64,000 nt of DNA from Callorhinchus milii (taxonomy: Eukaryota): the NCBI RefSeq assembly GCF_018977255.1, contig NW_024704743.1, forward strand, positions 14,138,001 through 14,202,000. The letters run 5' to 3'. Positions 49,901 through 61,900 of the stretch are shown piece after piece. The translations under genes were made by a program, and so were the position numbers. Numbering within the stretch: the stretch's first letter is position 1; each line of letters begins with the position of its first letter. The notes beneath the pieces were generated by a model. That model was given only the letters and a program-made list of their open reading frames with translations. It did no database searches and was not told where the DNA came from.

Positions 49901-52900
49901 CGATGGGAAGAATGGCCTCCTTTTGTGCTATAATTCTATGATTCTATATCCCATAATGTTATTTCTTAAAAGAAAACTATTGAATCTGTGTTTGTGGGTA
50001 GCTAAAACGTGCTTTCAGATTGAAACTTCTAATCTGTTTCAGACATCTGAGAACTTTGACCTCTGTGAGAGAGCCTACCTTTAGTGTAGTCATGCATTTC
50101 TGACTTCCATTCTTCCTGGAGCACTCTGTTTTCATGCAAAAAAAATGTCGACCCACAGATGTTTATGATGCTTTGAAATACATCTGATTTATTCCAGAGC
50201 TATTCAAATGGAATATCTGGCTCTGGCTAAAACGTACCTGGAATGTAATGTGCCGAAGCTCTCTCTGAAGTGTTTGAGGAATGCAAAAGAATACAAACTC
50301 TGTGGCGATCTCTCTGAGAAATTGGGAAAGGTATTTATTTAACTTTCTGTAAATTTGGGGTTGAAAAGATTTGAGCAGTATAACAGCCAGAAAAGCAACT
50401 TGAGGATCCAGTTTGGTCCTCTTGTTTGTCTTTCCGTGCTGTATGATCTATGTAAACCTATTCATTATAATTTATGAGTAGGGCAGCATATTATCGTTTG
50501 CAATGTTAATTTAACGTGGCATATTAACACTTCCAACATTATGCGATCTGAAACGCTCACCGGGTGAAGGGTGCAAGTTATTGTAATGTATCAATAAATT
50601 ACCAGAAGCTCTTTTTTTAATCTCAGATGAAAGATGCTGCCACCATGTACAGAAAAGCACAATGTTACAAGCAGTCCGCAAAATGTTATGAGCAAGTGGA
50701 CGAGTTTGAGTTGGCACTAAAAATGCTTTGCTGTGGTGAATTGTACAACGATGCTGCTCAGGCTATTAAAAGGTATTCAGAATCGAGCATTGCAGTGTTG
50801 AATAACATACACTTTCACCTGTCTAGGTGGCATACAAATATTTCTTGTTTTTTAAAAAAAGTCTTGATTTCATCCCTTCCTCCTCCTGTTAATTGTCTTA
50901 ACTCTTAATGCTCCAAAATCTTTCTCTTTCTTCCATTCCTTATGTTGCACATGTCATAGAATTAGTCCAATCTTCCAACAGGAATAAGGCCTATAAAATG
51001 TTCAGATTAGCATGCATTATCCTTTCTCAATTTTTAGGTTTTCAGAGAAGTAAGCAGCTGCAGCTCAAGCTCTGCACCTCCAAATGGTGGCACCATCAGT
51101 AGGGATGTGTGTTCAAGCTGTGGTTAGGCAGATGGTGGGAATGTTCTCAGGCATTTCTTGCTGAGCTGTGCTGCTCACCCCGTGTCTAACATCCAACTAG
51201 AGACTATCCTCCTGGGGGAGTATCGAGACTGCCCTAGTCAAAGGCACAAATTACATTCTCTCCATGTGTGATCCGGGCTCGCCCTACCTCCTCATCTTCC
51301 TTGACCCCCTTGCTGCCTTCAAAGCTGTCAAACAACCAAATATACAGTCAAAGGGTGGTGGAAGCCAATTTGATAACAACTTTCAAGGGGAGTAGATAGA
51401 TATTTGGGGAGGACAAATTTGCAGGAGAGAGCGGGGGAGAGCGCTGCTATGTGGAGAGAGCGGGTAGAGTGGGATTCATTTGGACAGCTCTTTCAAAGAG
51501 CCGGCACGAACACGATGGGCTGAATGGCCTCCTTCTGTGCTGTATAATTCTATGATTTTATGAATTCACTTTACAGTATATTCTGTGAAGCGCTTTAGAC
51601 GTCTTGAAGACGTGATAAGGCACTATATCAAATGCAAGTATTATTATTATCCTTCTCCACTGCCTCTCGCAGTTTCATCTTCATGGTTCTGTCCTTTCCT
51701 GGTTTCATTCTTACCATTCCAAATGTCTCTACTTTGTTTCCCCCAACAGCTTCTTCATCCTCGCACTCTCACATGCGGTATTCCTCAGGGCTCTATCCTT
51801 GGTCATCTATTTAACATTTACATGTTCCCGCTCTGCGCTACCATTGACCCGCATGGGGTTAACTACCCCATGTATGCGGATGATACCCAACGTTATCTCA
51901 CTGCCTCGATTGCAGGATCTCTTGTTCTGATCGAATGCCCGTCAAACATCAAGTGTTGGATGAGAGTTAACATTCTCCAGCTGAATGTCGACAGGACTGA
52001 GACTCTCCTGATTAGCTCCCATCAGCGCCTTCTCACCTCAGGAGGGGTCCAGTGGTGGCAGAAGCTTTCTGCCCCTGCACCCTGGAACTCCATTAAGGAG
52101 TCTCTCTGCCTCACCTTCCCTCACCTCATTCATGATCTATCTTGAGACTTTTCTGTCATCTTTCCTCACCCACCCTACCCTGGTGCCCCCCACCCCTGAA
52201 ACCCCTCCGCCAAATCCAATCCCCAGCTCAGATGCAACCCCTTGATTGCCCAGTGCTTTGGGATATTCTCCCAACATGAAAGGCCCTATATAAATTCACA
52301 CCGATATCAATGGCAAGCAATGCTATTTTAGCTAGTTAGACTCCAGCAGTATGCCAACGCACTCTCTGGCATCCCGAAGCCTTGGCTCTTGCCAAATTGC
52401 GCCTAATACTTTCTGGAATTAGGTAAGCGGGATACGTCCCTCCAGTGGGAAAGTGCACATTCCATTCCAACAATCTGTCTCTGGGATTCCAATGTGTAGG
52501 TGAGATACATGGAAATCTCAGCTTGGTTTCGCTATTCTTAAGCACAGCGATGGGTTTCCGCATATGTCAGACTCCTGGCTGCCCCACCCCCCAATACAAA
52601 ATTGTTGGGTGGGGTGCGGTTGAGGTAAACTGGGTCTTCTTAGAGCTAAGTAGCCAAGGTGACATGTTTGGCAATGGAATGTGAGAATCAAGTGAACCCT
52701 CTATGGTTGTGACAGCAGTTTGGTTCCTGAGCCGGGTGGATACACAGAACTACAAGGCACTGCTCATGACAGATCAACTTGGAAGGATTTAAAAGGGGCA
52801 CTGAGAGTCACTGAGATCAGCGATTATTCTCAATCAGCTCTTATTAACCTTGCAAGTGGAGTCCTGTAGGATAGTGGTTAGACCACTCACCTCGCAAGCT

Positions 52901-55900
52901 AGAGGACCTGGGTTCGATTCCCAGGCAGGGTCGAAACGTTGGGCAAGACTCGTTACTATACATCCCTCTCTTTCCCTAGCAGTAAGTAGGAACCCAGTTA
53001 GTCGATTGGCTGATCACTTTTCTGGGGTAATAATCCCTTCAAAAAAATAATAATAATAATCAATCTACGACTGTTTGTGGGACACTAAACTACACAGTAC
53101 TCTTAAGTACGGTCTCATCAATGATTTATACAGTGGCAGAATTACCCCAGTATTTTGGCTTGCTATCTTTCTTTGATACATCCTAAGATCTGGTTTGCTT
53201 TACTCACTGCCTTAGAGCATTGTTGCGAGAGCTTCAAATTATTGTCAATCAGGACCCCCCACTTTTTATTTTCCATACATATTATTTTGATTCCGTTCAA
53301 ATAATAGACCCTTCCTGGATTCTTTGGCCCCATGTGAAGTACTTTACATTTCTCTACACTGAATTTCATCTGCCCAATTCCCAAGTATGTTCAAATCTTG
53401 CTGTAACCTATTCTGTTTGGCTTTGCAATCTACCGTCTTCATTAGCTTGGTGTCATCTGCAAACGTAGCCACTGTGCTTTACGACTCCTAGTTATAAAAA
53501 TATTAAACAAAAGTGGACCCAAAACAGACCCTTGTGGACTCCATTGGTAACATTTTCCCAATCTGATGACATTCCCTGTACCACCATTCTCTGGGTTCTT
53601 CTGGTCCACCAGTTACAAATCCATTGTAATAGACTTCCACGGATTCTCGCTCTCTTTACTTTCAGAGGAACTGTATCAAAGGCCTTACTGATTATATCAT
53701 AATTATTATATTCTATTATAAGCCAAAGTTCTAATGGCTAGGGTGCTCCTAGCTGAACAAGAGCAAGAAATTTCGGGGATAGCGGTTTCAGTCACAAGCA
53801 ATGCAGAGTTAGTTGGTCAGACTCCAGCAGTACCCCAACCCACACTCTGTGGTCCCCAAGCCTTGACGCTTCCCTAAAATCTCCAGAATTGGTTAAAAAG
53901 GGTCCATCCCTCCAAGGAGAGAGTACAGATTCCACTCCAGATGCAGGGAAATTTCCGTGTGTAGGTGGCATGCATATGTGGAACTCTGTTTGATTTGGAT
54001 ACTCTTAAGCATGGTGATGGGTTTCTACATGTATCAAATTTTCAAAAAAATCTCATCCTTGGAATACTTTTCTGTTCTTTTCTCCCATCAGGAGCTCTGC
54101 TCTGAAGATGTGAATCTCTTTTTCCTATGTAAAACAAGCATTTAGATCTCTTAAAAATATATACACATAAACACGTCTTACAGATCTTTAGTGGAGTTGC
54201 ATGTTAATGATCCTTTTAATCTTGTGTGCTTTTTTAAAAAAAATCAGGTATGAAACCATACTTTGCAAAAAGAAGTATCCTTTCACCAAACTTCCCTACA
54301 CTGCGGATCAATTCTGGTTAGAGGCTGCTGCAAAGTATCTGAGGGAGCACAAACCCATGGAAATGATGAATTCTCTGTCTTGCCTTCACCCTGAAGATCA
54401 ATTGGTCTTTTTGAAGGCAAAGAATTGTGTGCAACAAGCAGCTGAGCTCTTAAAAGAGCAGGGACGTGAGGAAGAAGCGGCTGTCTTGATGCGGGAGCAT
54501 GGAAAGCTCCAGGAGGCAGCAAGACTTTCCAATAAGAAGGAATTTCAAGCTGAATGTCTTGTTGCTGCAGCTCGAGTGAGTCTACTGAGAGGGGAGGGAA
54601 AAGACATCAGTGGCTCAGACAAACTAGAGATATTAGAAGAAGCAATAAATCTCCTCGGGAACACAGAGCACCTAGTGTCTGGTTTAGCTGAAGCCTTGCT
54701 ACTGAAAGCAGTGATAACCAAAAATACCGATGATATCCTGGCTGCTCTCAATCAGTTTAGAAGTGAAAACAACAGTGCGGGGATGGTGGAGACCCTCTTT
54801 GTTTTCCTGCAACATGATCGTAAGCGGGCAATGAATTTTCAACCCTCATTGAACTGTTTAGAGGTTTTGCTTCAGTTGGTGAAAGCCTTCGACAAGCCTC
54901 ACAACAATGCTGAGAAAGAAATGGTCAAAGCATCCTATGCTTTTTGGGGGATTTTACATGTGGATGCCCAGTACGGTAGAATTCCAATATTTGAAGGAGC
55001 AAGAATTCTGCAGCTGATATCTGACCCAGATCTCAAGGAAAAGATGGAAAAGGAAGGCAATTTTTATAAATGCGAAGTAAAAGAACTTAGGAAGTTGCTA
55101 CAGAAACACCTATTGCTCCGCTTTTGTCACTTTGCTGAAGAAATTAAGAAAGCAGGACTGAGTGTTCCAGATGTTTGTCCAAAGTTTGTCTGTGGTTTGG
55201 AGTGTACCTCCTCGTCATGTCATGACCATCATCACTTCCTACTCAGGCATGAAGCACAAAAATCCTTTGCAGCTAAGTTTTACCTGACAGCACTTAATGG
55301 CATGTTGGTGGAAGCCAAACATTTCTTCACAGAAAAGATGTTTCCAGATGTTAAAAAAATTGAAGATATCCTCACTGGAGATCAGTACGCTTTATGCAAG
55401 CCTCTGTTATGTGCCGTTTTTCCAAAACATTTCCATCAGAGAATTGTATCGGAGAACGCAGCAGCTTGCAAAATTGTCTTGGGGTTGGTGAATTCCATTA
55501 AATACAACAGCTTCAAAACTGTGTTAAGGATGTACATTGCTTCTCGCTTTGAATCCTCAACAGCTCGGGATCGCAGAGAGTCAACAGACCTTTGGCTTGA
55601 GGCCCAACAGGTTTACCTTCTAACTTCCGACTATCCCAATAAAATTGAATTCTTGCTCGAAAAAGAAGAAAGTGCGTACAGATTTGAACGAGCGAAGCAG
55701 TCAACAGAGAAACATGAAGACAAGAAAGTCCAGAGCAAAAGAAGGAAAGACAGAGGACCAGAGGGGAAGTTTGGGATGCTGAATACAAAGACGCTGCCCT
55801 TGTGCTTCTTTAGGCTGCTGGTTACATCTATGAATGAATTCTACAAGGGGAGAGACCCAGAGAAGTGCATTCACACCTTTTTTCGTTTCATGAATGTACC

Positions 55901-58900
55901 AGTTATGAAATGTGTTGAGCCACTCATCCCAAGCATTGTGAACACTGTCATGATGCTCGAGTTCCAGTTTGTTTTATGCTGCTCTGTTCTTATGCGTCTA
56001 GTGAAGAACCTCACATTCTGCCTCCCGAGGAGCTTCATTGCACTTTTTTATTATTGGGACTTCATGTTCAATGGAAAGAATGCCTTTAGTATCATAAATG
56101 AATACAAACCAAAGGATTCACAAGGAGCAGTTTACAAAATGAGACGGCACCTCTTCTACCTGGTCAAAGTTTTGTGTGGATGGTTTGAGAACTTCAATGT
56201 CCTTCTGGATGCATTTAGTAATGTAGAGAATACTTTATCGGGAGAGGCAGAGAGAACAGTAGTTCTGTGTCTCGTAATGTTGGTGAACATTGAGCTTATT
56301 GCGGACCCACAGATTGAGCAAATGATCAGATATAACTTCAATGAGGCGGAAAAACATTTGAATGAAATTGTTGCTGAACACAAGTCAAAAGTTCCAGTCA
56401 GACTTATCAAAGTTGTAGAAAAAGTTAATGCTGCACGCAGTCTTAAAATGGTAGTGGATGCCCTTGAAGAGTTGCTGAATGAGAGGGACGGAGAGTATTT
56501 GCATGACTGTGAATGGCGATGGGAGCACCTTGGCCCTGGGTCAGTGCGGGGGATTTATTTTCAGAAGTTGAAGGCTGACCGATTCAGTAATGAGTTCCAA
56601 ACGGAAATTCATGAGATTGTATTTGAGCCAAAGGAAAATAAAACTGCCCCTGAAGTTGAGCAGCACCTTGAGGAAAGTGATGATCATCTCCAGGACATTG
56701 CCTCCACAGTGCAGAAAAAGAATATTGTGAAACAGAGATGGCGGCGTCTTCTGCATGTAATTCTGTTTTGTAAATACTTGCTTGCAGCTTCAAAGCAGGG
56801 GACTTCAGTTGCCAACAAACAAAGCGAAGCCATTCCTAGCAACTTCAGGGAAGCCCAAATAGACAGTACGCAGTGCGATCTCTGTGGAGTGAAATTTTCC
56901 AGTAGCTTCAAAAGCTATATTAATATCCATGATCAGGATTATGAAGAGGCCACCAACCAGACAGAGTTAGTCACAGATAACTGGGAAGAGATGGGAAGTC
57001 AAGCTGTGGAATTGACGGAATCTTTTCTCACTCACATTAGTCATGAGGATCACAGAGCAAAGAAGGCTGCATATGATGAATATCTGAAATGGTTCATACA
57101 ATGTGTGGAGCCTATTTTGAGAGAAGGTCAAAATATACTGCAGAGCTTTGAGGAAACTGCCATCGATTACTTGGCCTCAAAAGAGCAATCCAGAGTAATC
57201 TATGAAAAACTGAAGAATAATATCGATGCAACTTCAACTGCAATAAACGCCATCTATGTCCATAAAAAATGGGCAGCAGGTAATGCATTTCACATTAAAT
57301 GATGATCCTTTGCAACTCTGTTAATTCAAAGACATTGTAGTCTTCCTCTATCACTTCTCTTAACCTAACATCATCCTGACATGGTTTCGCTCCTTCCTGC
57401 TCTGTCTCTTTTAATGACTTCTGCATCCCTGTGGTTTATCCTTGATTTCCTTTCATCCGTGCGACCGGGAGCTGATTCGAGGCCGCCGGGCGGGAGGTAA
57501 CCAGGAGCGGCGGCGGTGGGGCAAACCGAGCGAGCTGTTCTGGCGCGAGGTTAGTGCAGAAGCGGGGTCAGTGCGAGAGGCGAGTGTGGCAGCAAGGTCT
57601 CTGGGATCGAGGTCAGCAGGAGCTGGCAGGTAGGGCCGAGGTCTCGTGGATCAGAACCGGCAGGTATAGGTAGAGTCGAGGTTTCGGGGATGGGCCCGGC
57701 AGGTAACGGCAGGCAGGGCCGAGGTCTCTGGGATCGAGACTAGTTGTGGGCACTGGCTGGTGAGTGAAGATCAGGGGGAGTCGCGGCCACCGGTGGGTTC
57801 AGACATGGAGATGCCATTTCAAAATCTCCCGCCTGAACCAACGGTCGAAACTCCCCGCGTGACATCACTTCCGCCGGCCAGTTTTAAATTATTGGAAGGA
57901 ATCGGTTCAATATAATTTTATATTGTTATCTCCTTCCTCTCTCTTTCCCCTGTAAGCTTCTCTGTGTTATTTTCCAGCTTGGGCAACCCGGTGAATAACA
58001 CTTATCCGATTTGCCTACCCCCCCACTCCAGCACTAGCTGCCTCCGCTCGGCCGGCTACAGCCTCCTGTTTGTCCCTCACCCCCTCCACTCCACAATTGG
58101 CAGCCGTGCTTTCACCATTACACCCCAAAGCTCTGGATCTCCCTCAATCCTTCTGCCTTGCCCCCTCCCTCCTCACTTTTAAATCCCGCCTGAAGACCTT
58201 CTGTTTTGATCGTGTTTATGGTCACCTCCCCCCCCCCTCCCTCTCCTCCTGGCTCAGGGTCAGACTCCACCACTGTCAAGTGCTCTGGGACTCTACGCTG
58301 AGTAAAGGCTGCTATATAAATCCAAGTTGTTGTTGTAACTCAATGAGTGCCCTGCCCCCTCAACCCCCTTCTGCGCTGCCTCTTCCAGCCCCCCGCTGCC
58401 TCTTCCAGCCCCCCGCTGCCTCTTCCAGCCCCCCGCTGCCTCTTCCAGCCCCCCCACTGCCTTCTCCAGCCCCTCGCTGTTTTCATGCCTGTGGCTTGAC
58501 TATGTCCCGCTAACTGCCTACCTCTAGTCTTGACCTGCGCATTTTGGCTGCTGCCCCCGACCCGAACTGCTTTCCCCCGACCCGAACTGCTTTCCCCCAA
58601 AATGCCCCCATTGCTGTCCTGTACCCTGCATTCACTCCCACTCGGTCCTCCTCTCCCTCCGTCCTCCTCGCCTCCTATCCCCACTTGACCGTCCGTCCCA
58701 CAGCTTCCCTCTGCTCCAGCCTGGGAATCCTCCGTCGGGCTCACCTTTGGATGTCCATCAGCAGCCATACTGACTACCCAATCCCCCACTCATCCACATT
58801 CCCACCTTCCCTGCCTATCGTCCCACACCCTCTCCCGTCTCACACATTCCTCTACCACCTGTCCCCTCCAAATTGCCCTACAAAACGTCCGCTCCCTTTC

Positions 58901-61900
58901 CAACAAAGCCCTTACGATCATTCCATTGTTGATGGAAACATTGATATCCTGGCCCTCACAGAAATCTGGATTACCTCTGGTGACCCCTGACTGAGGCCAC
59001 ACCACCCAGCTACACCTTCCACCATACACCACAACCTAAACTCCGTGACACTGGTGTGGTTCTTCTCTCGCCACCACTGTAACCCAAATGAAACCCACCA
59101 CCTGCTCCCTTGACCTCATCCCTACCCCTCTCCTTACCTCCTAGCTCCACCTCCTTGCCCCTCTACTCACCGATCTCATCAACCTCTCCCTGTCCATTAG
59201 CATCATTCCCACCCCCTTAAAAACAGCTGTCATCACCTCTGTCGTCAAAAAACCTTTCCTGCTCTCAAACTACTGCCCCATCTTCAACCTCCTGCCCCAT
59301 TTCTTTTCCAAGGTCCTTGAACAAATCATTGCTTTGCTCCTTCCTTTCCAGCCACTCCCTGTATGAACCCCTCCAATCAGGTTTCCATGCTGCCTATTGC
59401 ACAGAAACAGCCTTGGTCAAAGTGTGAAATAACATTCCGTCCGTCTGTGACCAGGGGTCCCTCTGTTTCCTCGTCCTCCTTGACCTCTCCACTGCCTTTG
59501 GTACAGTTGATCACTCTATTCTCCTCCACCGCCTCCTATCATCCCCACCCTCGCTCGGCTCCACTGGCTCCCTATCCCTCAGAGTTCAAACTCCTCTCCT
59601 TCAAGGCCCTCAACAGTCTTGCCCCTTCTTACCTCTGTGATCTGCTAACTTCTGTGACCTGCTAACCCCTTATCAACCTCTCCGCTCAGCAGGCTGTGGC
59701 CTGCTTCACGCCCCCCGCCTGTCCGGCCCGCCCGCCAAATGTGGTCCTTCAATTATTGTTTTGGAAATTTTACGGGATTGCACTTGACTTAATCTCAAAA
59801 CAACTGTCTCTTCAACAATAACCTATCTTTCCACCTCATTTAGGCAGGACAGCACTGTTACAAAAAGTTTTGACTCTTCAGGAAATTGTACAAGAGGCTG
59901 TTCATTGGCAAGAGGAGATCTCCCTGCGCAGGAATGATGAGGGTAGGTGGATCAGCGCAAACTTAATGTATTCTAAAGTGTATTTTGTGGGAGAAACGCG
60001 GCAGCTAAACATGCACAGGGGTACCCCTCAAACAGTCTTGGATTGAGGGATTATTACCATCAACCAATTGACTAACAACTGGGTTCCTACTTACTGAATT
60101 ACCAATTTAACGGCGCAGCAAACCCAACCATAGCCGGCATAGCACAGCACGCACAGCACACTGGGTGCAACTTGCTGGGATGCTATTTTCTCACCAGCTT
60201 TTTTCCAATTTCTCCACTGGCATCCTTTTTTGATGTTGTTTGACTTGGGTGTGTGAGGGGGAGGGGGTGGGGGTTACTTTTCCATGGGTGCCAGTTGCTT
60301 TCTCTTGCTTGACCCAAGTGGGGTGACTGTTATTACATGGTTACCCTACAAACCTGTGAGGATAATTTTCCATTTGCAGCGTTGACCACATTAAATCAAT
60401 AATGTGATGATGCTAAGCTTGATGGTCTGAGCTTTTCATTGGCTGAACACCTGGTCTTTAGAGATTGTTTTCAGCCAATTAAATTAAACTGGACAGCAAG
60501 CTATGAGGTTTTAGCTGTTTTGGAAAAAAAGTTGCCACCAAACTTCTCCAAGGATGGAAAAGAACTGAGATTTTTTTTTGAAAGTTTATGAAAAAAGACT
60601 GGAATCCAAGTAGAAAATAATAAAATATAAAGTTCATCGAAAAGTGCAGAGGGAAACTAAAAGGAAAAGCATGGGGAGGATTTTTTAAATTATTATTTTA
60701 CCCGTTGAGTGTTAATATGGACATAAGAATTTGCTAGGCGAAAGAAGACCAAGGTCCATCCAGTTTGTCTTCCACCATATTGGCATACTGCATGCACATG
60801 TCACACTGTATCCCGAGATACTATTTCCTAACAGAAATCTACTTTCTGCTCCCACCGTCTCCTGAGGGAGCCTGTTCCACACATTTACTACTCGATCCTG
60901 GAAGTAGCATTCCCACAGATTTATTCTGAATTTACACCCCTTCAGTCCCAGGTAGTGTCCTGTGTTCAGTACATGATAAAATAGAATCTTTAGACCTTAA
61001 AGATTAGACCTTTAGAATCTTAAAGACCGTAAACATATTACCCCTCAGCCTTCTCTTCTCCAGGGTGAACATGCCCAGATTAGCTAATCCTCATAGCTCA
61101 GTCCCTCCATTCCCTCAGTTGTTTTAGTTGCCCTCCTCTGTATCCTCTCAATCGCTGCAATATCCTTTTTGTTTTTGTACATGGTCTAAGCTGTAGCACT
61201 GGGGGGTGTTTGTGGGACTTTGCTGTATGCACCCGGCTACGGCATTTCGCTCACAAAATACAGTCAATCCACTTTACAGTATATCCTGTGAAACGCTTTG
61301 AGACGTCTCAACGATGTGAAAGGCGCTATCTCAAATGCATGAATTATATCATTATTATAAAACTGCCCTAAAGATTGAGGATCCTTCAAGGCACATCACA
61401 AGATCCTCCTTCGGCCACGCTCCCCTCTTAGTCAAAAGATTGTGGGTTCAAGCCCCACGTTGTGATTTTGACTGACACTCCAATGCAGTGTTGGGCCTGT
61501 GCTGCGTTGTCAGTGGTGCAATCCTTTGTTTGGAAAGTTAAACCAAGTGCTATTTGCCTTTTCAGGAGAATGTTAAAGATCATGTGGTGCATCTTGAAAA
61601 GAGAAGGGAGTTTCTCCTGATGCACTGGCCAATTATCCATCAGATAAAAAATTGTAGTTGATAGCTGTTTGTGGAACAATGTTGTGCACAAATTGCTAGC
61701 GCGTTTGCCTATAAATTACACAGTCACTGCATGCTGTCATGTCAATGCTGTGGTAAAGTGCTATATAAAAATTATTATTATTGAGGCTGGATAGCCAATA
61801 TGCTTTGCCAGAAGTCTTCATCGTGTCACTGACACGCTGGAAAGAAAATTATCTATGTTTGGTTACGTGATTATCTCTGATGAATTGACTTTCATATATT

